64,000 nt of DNA from Thermoanaerobaculia bacterium (lineage in GTDB: Bacteria; Acidobacteriota; Thermoanaerobaculia; Multivoradales; Multivoraceae). Each line of letters begins with the position of its first letter. Position 1 is the first letter of the stretch. Made by a program: the position numbers and the translations under genes. The stretch spans positions 5,664,001-5,728,000 of the forward strand of contig OY761158.1 in NCBI GenBank assembly GCA_963664405.1, given 5' to 3'. The notes beneath the pieces were generated by a model. The model saw only the letters and a program-made list of their open reading frames with translations, ran no database searches and was not told the origin of the DNA. This document shows, piece after piece, positions 8,546-18,166 of the stretch.

Positions 8546-10273
8546 ATGTCCCGACAAGAGATTCAAAAAGTAGGCCCTGCGTTTCTCGCCTGGCTCCTCC
8601 TCTTGGTGGCATCCGGCGGGGCCCAGCAAGCTCCTCAGGTAGCGCCGGAAGACGCCATCCCGCTCGTTTTCGGCGAAGTGCTCGACGTCCGTGTGGTGAA
8701 CGTTGAGGTCGTCGTTACCGACAAACAGGGAGTGCGCGTGCGCAACCTCAGGCCGGAGGATTTTCGTCTGAGGGTCGATGGAGAGATCGTACCCGTCGAC
8801 TACTTCAGCGAGGTTCTCGGCGGTACGGTTGTCGCGGAGGGTGGCGATGCTGCGGTACAGGGCGTGCCGGCTCTGCAGCCGGGCAGGCCCGTTGGCACCA
8901 GCTTTCTGGTCTTCATCGACGAAGTTTTCAGCATCGCCCGAGACCGCAATCGAGTCCTCAAGAACCTCGAGGAACAGGTGGCCCGCCTGACTCTCGAAGA
9001 TCGGATGGCGATCGTTGCCTACGACGGCAAAGAGCTCGAGATGCTGACCAGCTGGACCAACTCGGAGCGGGTGCTCACCAATGCTCTGCGCGAAGCTCGA
9101 GATCGCAAGACGACAGGCCTCCAGCGCATGGGCGAGCTGCGCCGCAACGACGAGGATCGACGGGTGCGTCGAGACATGCAGAGGTCAGTGACTAGCGCCG
9201 TCCAAGAAGGGGTCGAGGGTCCGGCCGGTAACGAAATTGTGAAGCTGCGCCTCGATCCGGTCGAGGTCCCGTACGCAACACGCCTCGCCTCTCAGCTCGA
9301 GCGCTCGGTCGATGCCGCGGTGGCGACTCTGCGCGGCTTCGCCGGACCTCAGGGCCGGAAGGTCATGCTGCTCATGGCGGGTGGCTGGCCCTACTCGCCC
9401 GCGCAGTACACCGTCAACGACTTCGAAGCTTCCTTCATCGAGTCGGCGTCGGGCTCCTGGGATTCGCGGGTCAAGGGAGCCCAGGATCTTTTCGGCCCTT
9501 TGAGCGATACCGCGAATCTTCTCGGCTTTACCTTGTACCCGGTCGACATGCCCGGCATCCAGCGCGAGTCGCGCGATGCCTCCTACGGTGCCCCCCCCGC
9601 GGGTGCCGGCTCCGGCTTCTACCCGCGCGAGGACCAGATCCATGCCAGCCTCCTCTTCCTGGCGGATGAGACCGGTGGCGAGGCCATGATCAACAGCCAG
9701 CGGGACCACGCCTTCGATCGGGTGGTCGACGACACTCGTTCCTACTACTGGCTCGGCTTTACGCCCGAGCGCAGCGCGAACGACGCCAGCCACGACATCA
9801 AGGTCGAGGTCCTACGCCCGGGCCTTCGGGTCCGCTCGCGGGGCAGCTATCTCGACTTCTCCCGCGAGAGCGAGATCACGATGATGGTCGAGAGCTCTCT
9901 GCTCTTTGGCAGCCCGCCCAGTACGACCCCTCTGGAGCTTCACTTCGGTAAGCCGGAGAAGTCTGGAATGGGCAAGATCACATTGCCGCTCGAGGTCGGT
10001 ATTCCGCTGGATGAGGTGACCCTGCTGCCGGTCGGCAATCGCTTCGCTTCCCAGCTCGAGGTGCGAGTCACGGTGATGGATGCGGCCGGCAACCGATCGG
10101 ATACGCCGGTTGCCAAGGTCGACATCGTTGGCGACAGACTCCCGCAACCGGGGCAGCACTTCACCTGGGTCACCGGCCTGGAGCTGCGGCGGCGGAAGCA
10201 CCGAGTGGTGGTCGCGGTATGGGACCCGGTGAGTGGGAATATCATGTCGAGCTCGATCGAAGTCCAGCCGTAG
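8546..10273 (+). CDS. VWA-domain protein (Acidobacterial VWFA-related type), secreted
   Basis: Signal peptide, VRVVNVEVVVTDKQG..V..L...DF, GRKVMLL, LADETGG, SYYWLGF, HDIKVEV..PGLRVRSRGSY. Confidence 0.8.
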   Translation: MSRQEIQKVGPAFLAWLLLLVASGGAQQAPQVAPEDAIPLVFGEVLDVRVVNVEVVVTDKQGVRVRNLRPEDFRLRVDGEIVPVDYFSEVLGGTVVAEGGDAAVQGVPALQPGRPVGTSFLVFIDEVFSIARDRNRVLKNLEEQVARLTLEDRMAIVAYDGKELEMLTSWTNSERVLTNALREARDRKTTGLQRMGELRRNDEDRRVRRDMQRSVTSAVQEGVEGPAGNEIVKLRLDPVEVPYATRLASQLERSVDAAVATLRGFAGPQGRKVMLLMAGGWPYSPAQYTVNDFEASFIESASGSWDSRVKGAQDLFGPLSDTANLLGFTLYPVDMPGIQRESRDASYGAPPAGAGSGFYPREDQIHASLLFLADETGGEAMINSQRDHAFDRVVDDTRSYYWLGFTPERSANDASHDIKVEVLRPGLRVRSRGSYLDFSRESEITMMVESSLLFGSPPSTTPLELHFGKPEKSGMGKITLPLEVGIPLDEVTLLPVGNRFASQLEVRVTVMDAAGNRSDTPVAKVDIVGDRLPQPGQHFTWVTGLELRRRKHRVVVAVWDPVSGNIMSSSIEVQP

Positions 10274-10280
10274 CGGTAGT

Positions 10281-10414
10281 CTCCGGAAGTGATGGCTATC
10301 ACTTCCTCCGACTACATAACATGGCGCCGAGGACGGCGCATCCGGAACCTCCGGAAGTGATGGCTATCACTTCCTCCGACTACATAACATGGCGCCGAGG
10401 ACGGCGCATCCGGA
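10281..10414. repeat. Two tandem 68-bp REP-like palindromic units
   Basis: Copies start at 10281 and 10349. Each has hairpins GGAAGTGAT-GGCT-ATCACTTCC and GCGCCG-AGGA-CGGCGC. Reverse-complement related to the 20934-21605 array. Confidence 0.9.
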
Positions 10415-10676
10415 GCCTGCGGTTCGTGATGCCGGCCTCGCTCTAGAGTTGGCGGAGGCCAACTCTGTGGCCCACCCTTCCTTCGATCACTCCGACACCC
10501 TAGCCCTGGCCTTGGCTGCAACGGGCGACTTCAGTGCTGCGCAAGCTCACCAGGAAAAGCTTCTCGAGTTGGCGAAGGTGGGGCAGGCACCGGCCGCGGT
10601 CGTAGCTCGGCTCCAGAAGCACCTCGATCAATATCTGCGCCACGAGCCCGTTCGCAGCGGATCGAAGGTGCCTTGA
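10415..10676 (+). pseudogene. C-terminal fragment of a TPR-type protein
   Basis: PAVRDAGLALELA...DTLALALAATGDFSAAQAHQEKLLELA...RLQKHLDQY...P.R resembles a common TPR C-terminal cap. There is no native start; the frame begins inside the repeat. Confidence 0.6.
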
Positions 10677-10714
10677 GGCTATTTGCACTCGCCCTTCGCA
10701 GCCCACCGTCTCAC

Positions 10715-11830
10715 TTAGCGACGCGTCATCGCTTGGCGGTAAACGTCGAGCGTCTGCTCGGCGGTCTGCTTCCAATCGAATTCGGCCGACCGCTCCAGCC
10801 CGAGTTTCACCAGACTCTCGCGATGAGACGACGACTGGAGGCAGCGGGCGATCGCCTGAGCTATCTCCTCGATGTCGAGGGGGTCGACGGTCTCTGCGTA
10901 GCCTTCGGCAATTTCGCCCAGGGCGGAGGTGGAGGAGGTGACGACCGGGACTCCTGCGGCCATCGCCTCCAGCACGGACAGCGCCGAGCCTTCGTAGAGA
11001 GACGGAAAAACGAAGAGCGTGGCTCCTTGGTAGAGCGCGACCAGGGTCTCCTGCGGTACGTGGCCCAAGAAGACCACGCGGTCGGTTAGTTCCAGCTCTT
11101 CGATCAGGGGCCGCAAGCGGCCTGCAGATTCTTCTCGGTCACCGACGCAGGCAAGTAACGCCTCACAGCGGGTGATCTCCAGCGCTCGCCGCCAGGCGCG
11201 GACGACGTTGTCGAGATTCTTGTGAGGCTTTGGATTGCCGACGAAGAGGAGGTAGGGCCGGCGCAGGCCAAGGCTCTCCAGCCTAGTTGCGATCTCTGTC
11301 TCTTCGAGGCGCTTGGTGAAAGCCTCCTCCACGCCGTTTTGAACGACGCGGATGTTCTCCCCTTCGACGGCGAAGAAGCTCTTGAGGTCCTGCTTGGTGT
11401 TGTTGGAGACCGCGATCGTGCGGCGTGCCAGCCGCAGGCTGCGCCGGATCATGAGCCGAGCGTAGAGCCGAGCGAGACGGTTGGGAAGAAACTGGGGGTA
11501 GAGAAGATGGATGATGTCGTGGAGGGTGACGACAGTGGGGCAGGGAAGGCGCACCGGAAGTACGTAGTGGGTGGCATGGAAGAGGTCGGGTCGCAGCCGT
11601 CGAAGCTGGGACGAGACCGCCATTAGCTCGCGCAGAGAGTAACCAGGCGCGTTCTCGACCACGGGATGGAAGCGGTCCCCCAGAGGCTCGATCTGCGCAA
11701 CCGCCTTGTCGCTGACCAGTATGAAGTATTCAAACTCGCTGTCGATCTGAGCGAGGCCGGCGAGCAGATTTCGAATATAGGTGCCGATGCCGAAGTCATC
11801 GAGCTTGCGGGCGTCGATGCAGATGCGCAT
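10715..11830 (-). CDS. Glycosyltransferase family 4
   Basis: MRICIDARK..DFGIGTY, PHKNL, FPSLYEGSALSVLEAMAAGVPVV. Confidence 0.9.
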   Translation of the reverse strand: MRICIDARKLDDFGIGTYIRNLLAGLAQIDSEFEYFILVSDKAVAQIEPLGDRFHPVVENAPGYSLRELMAVSSQLRRLRPDLFHATHYVLPVRLPCPTVVTLHDIIHLLYPQFLPNRLARLYARLMIRRSLRLARRTIAVSNNTKQDLKSFFAVEGENIRVVQNGVEEAFTKRLEETEIATRLESLGLRRPYLLFVGNPKPHKNLDNVVRAWRRALEITRCEALLACVGDREESAGRLRPLIEELELTDRVVFLGHVPQETLVALYQGATLFVFPSLYEGSALSVLEAMAAGVPVVTSSTSALGEIAEGYAETVDPLDIEEIAQAIARCLQSSSHRESLVKLGLERSAEFDWKQTAEQTLDVYRQAMTRR

Positions 11831-11846
11831 GTTCCGCATTCCCGGT

Positions 11847-14405
11847 CTAGGGCCCGCCCGAGTTCACTCGTGCCATGACGGCGTCGAATCGCAGGCTCAG
11901 TGTCCGCCCCACAGCCTCCGCGCTCAGTTGGCGTCGAACTCTCTCTTGCCCCCTCTTCGCCACTTCACTTGCCTCTTCCCGATGCTCGAAGACTTGGCGC
12001 ATGAGCTCCGCGGCGTGCTCGATATCGGGCTCGGCCCACACCGCGCCCGCTGGATAGGGGCCTACATCCTCTTCGATCTCGACCAGGTCGTAACGAACCG
12101 GATAGCCGGTGTTGACGTCGAAGAAGTCGCTCACACCTGAGTAGGGAGTGGCGATCACCGGCTTTCCCGCGATCATGGCCTCGGCCAGAGTGAGACCGAA
12201 GCCCTCGGAGCGATGAAGCGAAACATAGCAGTCGCAGACCGCGGTGAGGCTGAGCGCCTCATCTCGGTCGACATAGCCTTGGATCATGCGTACGTCGGCG
12301 TCGCCGATCTCGTGCTCGAGTGACCCCTGAAGCTCAGGCGAGAAGTCTTCTGACGAGCTCTTGAGCACCAGCAGTGGACCTTCTCCCGGCTTGAAGGCGC
12401 GCCGGAATGCGCGCACGAGGCCCAGCGGGTTCTTGCGCTCCGCGTAGCTGAGAAAATTGAAGCTGAAGAGAAAAATGAAAGCGTCCGGCGGTAGCCCGAA
12501 GTGGGATCGGTCATGGCTCGCCTCCGGCGCCTCTCGGACCGGAATCGGCACTCGACGTACCGGGATCGGTGAGACGGCTGCGAGGGCGTCCAGGCAGAAG
12601 GTGCTCGGTGTCCAGATCTCGTGCAGCACGTCGAAAGCGGGTCGCCAGCGATCGGGGAAGGTCTCGAGCTCCCAGAGCCAGAATCCGATGTTGTAGCGTC
12701 CCCCGAAGATCTCGCCGCCGAGGTGCTCATAAACGGGCTGCACCTGGTCGGCATTGGCCACGAACAGATTCACATCGTAGGCCAGCGCGCCCCCCGACTC
12801 CTCTGTGAAGCTCCTGTCCTCTTGGCGCGCGATGACCCCAATCCCGAGATTGTGGCGTGACATCGGAAGCTCGGTGGTCTCGAGAGCGCGGGCGAGCGAC
12901 CTTGCTGCCTCGCCCATGCCGGTCTCGGCTTGGAGATAGCCGACTAGATTGATGCCGGGATTCTCGAGCGCTCTGGGCAGCCCGATTCGATAGTTACGCG
13001 GGGTGCTCATGACCGGCGGCGCACCCTTGATCCGCGTGCGTAGAGCATTCGTCCGCGAAGGGCCCAAAAGGCGCTTGGCGAGGGCGCGCAGCTGGAGACC
13101 CGGGCCGGAGTGGTAAAGCCGTTTCAACCGGTTCTTGACTCCTCGTCCAGCTCCGGCGTTTGTCGAAGGTGTCCCGGTCTCGGAGCCGTAGAGCGGCAGG
13201 AGAAAGGCGTCGTCGAGCCTTAGCTCGAAGCGCCCGAAACCGTCCATCCATTCGCAGAAGTCCGCAAAGGACGCACCCTCGACATCGGGAAAGCTCTCTC
13301 GCAGCTCGGGGCGCGCGGCGTGCAGGCCCGCGAACAGCCGGCTGAGGTAGGGAGGACGGGCGAGCCGGTCACTCCTGGGGGCGTTCAACCAGTTGAAGAA
13401 GCTGTTGGGGTCGGCGGTGACGAAGGGGTCGCCGAAGCGCACTCGCTCCTTCGGCCTGAGATCGAGAAAGAGTCGACGGGCGATATCCGGGATCACGGCT
13501 CCGTTGTCGAAGTGCGCAAAGGCGTAGGGCCAGGCTTTCGAGGTGGCGAAGCCGGCTTCCATCAGCAGCTCTCGATAGTGGCGATAGAGGTCGGCTGCGT
13601 CACCGAGGTCGTTGAGGCGATAGCGGTTCTGATGCTTGGACACGAGCTCGAGCGCGTCCGGCTGGATGCCGCTGAAGTGAAAGAAGACGAGCGGCTCGCC
13701 GTTCACTCGCCAGCCTTCTTGCTCGAGTTTCAGCTCTCGCCCGTTGAGGTTCCAGTAGGCGACATTGTGGCCAGGGTGGGCGAGAATGTGGACGTTCTCG
13801 AACATCCCCGGCACCAGGTCGATCCACTTCTGGTCGACGAAGAGGCCCTCTTCGATCCGGACGACGCAGTGGTCGTAGAGTCGGTCCTGCCACCATCGCA
13901 AGAGTCGCTGCGAGACTTCGCCTCTACGAAGGGCGATGAAGCCGAGATTGTAAGCCCCGGACTGGAGGATCTGGAGCTCGCCAGGAGAAGCGTCGTCGTC
14001 GATGGGAGCCGTGAGATGGGGGGTAAGCACGATGTCGCTCTGTACCAACAGGTCCGCCATCTCTTCGAGTTGATGAGTGATCAGGATGTCCGGGTCGAAA
14101 TAGATCAGGCTGGGAAGATCGAATCGTTCGAAGAGGTGCTCCATGAAGAAGGGTTTGACGGCCGTGTTGGCCTCGAGAAGGGTGTACTTGAAGAGGAACC
14201 CTCTGAGCTCCTCGATATTTTCGAGCTCTTCGACTTCGATGAGAGTGAAGGGCTCTCTTGTGGCATCGATTCGATCTTCGCAGCGGTCCACGATGAGCAC
14301 GAAGAAGCGCCCTTCGGGGTGAAGCTCGAGGAACGAGTGCGCCAGCACCCGTGCGAAGGCGATGTAGTTCTTCGAGACGATGGTGCAGGCGGCGAGCGGT
14401 GTCAC
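11847..14405 (-). CDS. Two-domain glycosyltransferase (N-terminal GT-A/GT8-like + C-terminal GT4)
   Basis: N-terminal NYIAFARVL, YFDPDI (DxD), DQKW, FFHFSG; C-terminal ERKNP, SLHRSEGFGLTLAEAM. Confidence 0.8.
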   Translation of the reverse strand: MTPLAACTIVSKNYIAFARVLAHSFLELHPEGRFFVLIVDRCEDRIDATREPFTLIEVEELENIEELRGFLFKYTLLEANTAVKPFFMEHLFERFDLPSLIYFDPDILITHQLEEMADLLVQSDIVLTPHLTAPIDDDASPGELQILQSGAYNLGFIALRRGEVSQRLLRWWQDRLYDHCVVRIEEGLFVDQKWIDLVPGMFENVHILAHPGHNVAYWNLNGRELKLEQEGWRVNGEPLVFFHFSGIQPDALELVSKHQNRYRLNDLGDAADLYRHYRELLMEAGFATSKAWPYAFAHFDNGAVIPDIARRLFLDLRPKERVRFGDPFVTADPNSFFNWLNAPRSDRLARPPYLSRLFAGLHAARPELRESFPDVEGASFADFCEWMDGFGRFELRLDDAFLLPLYGSETGTPSTNAGAGRGVKNRLKRLYHSGPGLQLRALAKRLLGPSRTNALRTRIKGAPPVMSTPRNYRIGLPRALENPGINLVGYLQAETGMGEAARSLARALETTELPMSRHNLGIGVIARQEDRSFTEESGGALAYDVNLFVANADQVQPVYEHLGGEIFGGRYNIGFWLWELETFPDRWRPAFDVLHEIWTPSTFCLDALAAVSPIPVRRVPIPVREAPEASHDRSHFGLPPDAFIFLFSFNFLSYAERKNPLGLVRAFRRAFKPGEGPLLVLKSSSEDFSPELQGSLEHEIGDADVRMIQGYVDRDEALSLTAVCDCYVSLHRSEGFGLTLAEAMIAGKPVIATPYSGVSDFFDVNTGYPVRYDLVEIEEDVGPYPAGAVWAEPDIEHAAELMRQVFEHREEASEVAKRGQERVRRQLSAEAVGRTLSLRFDAVMARVNSGGP

Positions 14406-15520
14406 GGCGCTGGCTCGGTGGCACGGATATCGGTTTCTATCAGCCTCTGGTAGAGGGCGAGGGTCTCCGTTGCCGTCTTGCGCCAGGAGAGCTCGGCGGC
14501 TCGCGCCAAGGAGGCCTCCCTCAGGGTACGCCTTGCATCGCCATCGGTGAGGAGCTCGCTCATCGCCAGGGCTATTTGCTCGATGTCCTGTGGATCGACG
14601 AAGCGGGCCGCCTCGCCAGCTGCTTCGGCGGTAGCCCCGTCACGACTGGTCACCACCGGGGCTCCGCAGGCCATGGCCTCCACGATCGGCAGGCCGAAGC
14701 CTTCCGCCAGAGAGGGATAGACGAAGAGTCGGGCCGCACTGTAGAGAGCGACCAGCTGGTCATCGCTGACCCTTCCCAGTTGCTTGATCTCGCCCGGCCC
14801 CTGACGCTCGTCGAGGGCCCGGGAGAGAGCTTCGTTACGCCATCCTTCTCCCCCGGCGAGCACCAGCGGGTATGCCAGCTGCAGCTCCTCGGGTAGGCGA
14901 TCGTAGGCGGCGACGAGTCGAGCCAGGTTCTTGCGCGGCTCGAAGGTTCCGACGGCAAGCACGAACGGAGCCGAAATCTCGAAGGACGCCTCGACCTCTC
15001 GCTTGGCGTCATCCGACGATTTCGGCTGGAAGAGGGGTGCGGGGGCCGGGTAGATCACCGGAACCCTGGCGCGGTCGACTCCCAGATGAGTCAACAGCTC
15101 GTGGCGCGTGGTGTTCGAGATCGCCAGCCAATGCGCGCCCCCGGCCAGGGCCTCGAGTAGGCCGGTGAGGCTGTGCACTTTGTTCTCGAGGGTGTGGTAC
15201 TCGGGATGCGAGAGAACGGTGAGGTCGTAGCAAGTGAAGAGAACTCTGCCGCTGAAGCCGAGAGGATAGGCCCAGGTATTGGCATGGAAGAGGTCTAGGG
15301 CGTCTTTGTCGGTCGGCTTGCCGCTCATCAGGCGAAAACCCGTGGGACTCTCGGGGTAGTGCTCGCTGAAGTCTCGAGGCTCGATTCGACCCGTGAGGCT
15401 GTAGAGCAGCACCTCTGCTTGCGGACGTGACTCCATCAACGCGCGAAGTAGATGTGCGGTGTAGCTGCCGATTCCGTCGCGCGGCGCCAAGGCTTTGCTG
15501 ATGTCGAATCCGATGCGCAA
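14402..15520 (-). CDS. Glycosyltransferase family 4
   Basis: MRIGFDIS..DGIGSY, EPRKNL, YPSLAEGFGLPIVEAMACG. Confidence 0.9.
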   Translation of the reverse strand: MRIGFDISKALAPRDGIGSYTAHLLRALMESRPQAEVLLYSLTGRIEPRDFSEHYPESPTGFRLMSGKPTDKDALDLFHANTWAYPLGFSGRVLFTCYDLTVLSHPEYHTLENKVHSLTGLLEALAGGAHWLAISNTTRHELLTHLGVDRARVPVIYPAPAPLFQPKSSDDAKREVEASFEISAPFVLAVGTFEPRKNLARLVAAYDRLPEELQLAYPLVLAGGEGWRNEALSRALDERQGPGEIKQLGRVSDDQLVALYSAARLFVYPSLAEGFGLPIVEAMACGAPVVTSRDGATAEAAGEAARFVDPQDIEQIALAMSELLTDGDARRTLREASLARAAELSWRKTATETLALYQRLIETDIRATEPAP

Positions 15521-15580
15521 TGGGAGTCCGCTCGAGAGTCCCCTCGGGTTACGCGGAGGGGGTGCTGGTCGCGGCGAAAG

Positions 15581-15934
15581 TCAGGCTTTGATCTCGTCCG
15601 CCGCCGGCTCGGGCAGTTCTAGATGCAGTTCGAGAACGTAACGGCGCAGGGCCTCCGCGGCCGGCGCACTGAGCAGGCCCGCAACCTGGCTGGAGGATAC
15701 CAGCGTAAGCAGGTGGTCGCGTTGACTCCTGAAGGTGTCGCGCCGCCTCTGCCGGGTCAGCTCGTCGATCTGGCTCTGCAGAGTGTCGCATCGCAGGTCG
15801 AGCCCGAGGCTGCGGTCGTGAATCTGTTCGGACAATTCTCGTCGCGCGAAAGATGCACGTCGGAATAGACTGTAGGTCGCCACCATCAGAGTCGCCGTGG
15901 CGGCAATCAGCAGAATCAGAAAATAGCTCGCCAT
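15581..15934 (-). CDS. Small hypothetical membrane-anchored coiled-coil protein
   Basis: MASYFLILLIAATATLMVATY hydrophobic N-terminus followed by a helical region; co-oriented with the GT genes. Confidence 0.5.
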   Translation of the reverse strand: MASYFLILLIAATATLMVATYSLFRRASFARRELSEQIHDRSLGLDLRCDTLQSQIDELTRQRRRDTFRSQRDHLLTLVSSSQVAGLLSAPAAEALRRYVLELHLELPEPAADEIKA

Positions 15935-16033
15935 CCCAATTGGCCCGATGCATTCTATCCCGATCGTGATCCGGGTGAGCCCTGCCCCGCGACCCTCAGC
16001 GAGCAGGCGGGTCCAGCTGAGCGTGCGCTCCTC

Positions 16034-17326
16034 GTGAGCGGCCTGTTTCATCGTCTGACTAGGCCTAGGGGCTGGTGGCGCATTCTTCTGCCGCTCGCAA
16101 CCGTAGGCTTGCTCGGCGGGCACATCATTTTCTGGTACCTACCGCGGGAACGCCCCGGCGTGCCGGATCCGGACTCTCCGTCGGGGCGCCTCTTCTTTTC
16201 GTCTCGCGAGGGGGCCCGCATATGGCTGCCCTGGCCCCACCAGAACCTCGGCCACGCTGCGGCGGGTGTAGAGGACTTGGATGCCTTTCTCGACGCCGCG
16301 GGTCGCCTTAGCGGTGGAGGGCAGGTCTCGATGCCCCGGTTCGGGCCCTTCTCGCTACCGCCGGCGAGCTCGCTGGCTGTGGCAACGTCGCCGCAGGGTG
16401 AGCGCGTGGCGATGGTGGTCGAGGTCTATCCAGTGCTGGCGGTGGTGGCACGCCTCGCCGGATGGGTTGCTCGCAACCCAATTCTTGGCGGAGGTCCAGT
16501 CGTGCTCGACGGGCGTTCGTACGAGGTCGTCTGGCGTGGCCGCTCCTGGTCTCTCGGCGCGAAGGATCTGGGCGCGGAGGGCTCAGCCTCTCCAGCTCTC
16601 GCCGAAGACTCCTTATCAGAGGGGCGACTGCGGCCCGAGGAAGGGGCGTTAGCGTGGGCGGCCCTCAGCGAGGCTTTTCCGCCGTTGCCTTCCGGTCTCT
16701 ATCGGCTGCAGCGAAAAGGGCAGGACCTCGTGCTCCAATCGGGGTCGCACTCCGCCCCCTCGGGCCTCCAATCGGTTGTGGCTGGGGGGGGCTTAGAGCC
16801 CAAACTCGCACTTCTCGGCCTGCGCAGGGACGAGGCGGGGTCGGCCAGCGTGCTGGTGCTCCCGAACGCTGCCGAAGATGGCAGGCTGCGGCTCCCGGAT
16901 GCCGCAGTACTGTGGACCGCCGCAGACAGTCGTTGGTCGCTGCCGGGGGAGAGCGTCCAACGCCTGCTGGGCTTCGAGCTCTTGGAAGACGAGGCTGAAG
17001 GGTGGGGCATTCTGGCGCTGGAGGAGGCCAGCCTCGATCTGGCGAGAGAGTTGGCTGGACCGCTGCGACCGCTGTCGCGGGGTGATCTGCACTTCGGACT
17101 CTGGTTTCGGCCTGCCCCCTACCGCCGTCTAGTGGCTACGGTGGCCGATGTCTTCGATTCGATCCCTCTCGTTTCTCGGTCGAGAGCCCAATTCTGGCGC
17201 GATCTCGATACGGTGCTTAGAGGGACCCACGACATCGAGAGTGTGTCCGTCGCGATCGATCAGGAAGGAGCGGAGATCCGCCTGAACGGGGGGCCTGTGT
17301 TGACAGCTCCTCGCGAGGGCTCATAA
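16034..17326 (+). CDS. Hypothetical membrane-anchored protein
   Basis: 430-aa ORF with an N-terminal TM segment; no recognised motif. Confidence 0.6.
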   Translation: MSGLFHRLTRPRGWWRILLPLATVGLLGGHIIFWYLPRERPGVPDPDSPSGRLFFSSREGARIWLPWPHQNLGHAAAGVEDLDAFLDAAGRLSGGGQVSMPRFGPFSLPPASSLAVATSPQGERVAMVVEVYPVLAVVARLAGWVARNPILGGGPVVLDGRSYEVVWRGRSWSLGAKDLGAEGSASPALAEDSLSEGRLRPEEGALAWAALSEAFPPLPSGLYRLQRKGQDLVLQSGSHSAPSGLQSVVAGGGLEPKLALLGLRRDEAGSASVLVLPNAAEDGRLRLPDAAVLWTAADSRWSLPGESVQRLLGFELLEDEAEGWGILALEEASLDLARELAGPLRPLSRGDLHFGLWFRPAPYRRLVATVADVFDSIPLVSRSRAQFWRDLDTVLRGTHDIESVSVAIDQEGAEIRLNGGPVLTAPREGS

Positions 17327-17329
17327 ACT
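17300..17329 (+). promoter_or_regulatory. Sigma70-like promoter for the yceD-rpmF-fab operon
   Basis: TTGACA(17300-05)-18 nt-TAAACT(17324-29), about 30 nt before the yceD ATG. Confidence 0.55.
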
Positions 17330-17360
17330 GCGCTGCTGATCGAGGTGGGTAGGGGGACTT

Positions 17361-17930
17361 ATGCAGATCCACTTGGATCATGAACAGAGCGAGCCCCTGG
17401 TTTGGCAGGAGGTTCTAGGTCTTCGTCCGCAAGACATCGATCCCGTGACCCTGCTCGATGTTAGTGAGGTCCGTTGCAGCGGGCGGTTGGATCTCGCCGA
17501 CCCGGGTTTTCGATTGCAGATGGAAATCGCCTACGAACAGACCCTCTCCTGCATCCGCTGCCTCTCCGAGACGCGGGCTCCGGTACGCACGGAGACCGAG
17601 CTGATGATCTTGCCTGGTTCCGACGCGCCTGATGCGGCGGCATCCGAAAGGGAGCTTCTTGCAGACGAGCTCAGCGTTCTATATGTTGCGGGTGAGACGC
17701 TGGAGACCGAAGCGCTGGTTGTGGACCAGATGATTTTCGAGATCCCGATGAAGCCTCTATGCCGCCCGGAGTGCCTAGGTCTGTGCCCGAATTGCGGGAC
17801 AGATCGCAACTCCGAGCCTAATTGTTGTGATGCTGGAGCCTCGAAAGTTTCTCGGTGGGCCGAGCTGGCGTCGCTCCGAGACCAGTTCCAGAACGAGAGT
17901 CGACAGACACAAGGAAAAAACGATGGCTAA
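17361..17930 (+). CDS. yceD: DUF177/YceD family protein
   Basis: CIRCL and [19 protein letters not shown] motifs; directly upstream of rpmF. Confidence 0.9.
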   Translation: MQIHLDHEQSEPLVWQEVLGLRPQDIDPVTLLDVSEVRCSGRLDLADPGFRLQMEIAYEQTLSCIRCLSETRAPVRTETELMILPGSDAPDAAASERELLADELSVLYVAGETLETEALVVDQMIFEIPMKPLCRPECLGLCPNCGTDRNSEPNCCDAGASKVSRWAELASLRDQFQNESRQTQGKNDG

Positions 17931-18105
17931 TCCCAAGCGAAGAACATCCAGGGCACGTCGCGATCGGCGACGAGCCCACGATGCGTTACCGAAGCCGGCC
18001 TCTTCTCTCTGTCCCGAGTGTGGTGAGGCAAAGCTGCCTCATCGTGCTTGCCGTAGCTGTGGCAGCTACCGGGGCCGCCAAGTTCTGCCGCCCGACGAGT
18101 CCTGA
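17923..18105 (+). CDS. rpmF: 50S ribosomal protein L32
   Basis: [19 protein letters not shown]...[23 protein letters not shown]. Confidence 0.97.
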   Translation: MANPKRRTSRARRDRRRAHDALPKPASSLCPECGEAKLPHRACRSCGSYRGRQVLPPDES

Positions 18106-18166
18106 TTACGCTTCAACCGTGCGATTCTTGCTGCCTCCGCTCTTGCTGGGGGTCTGCTAGCATTGC

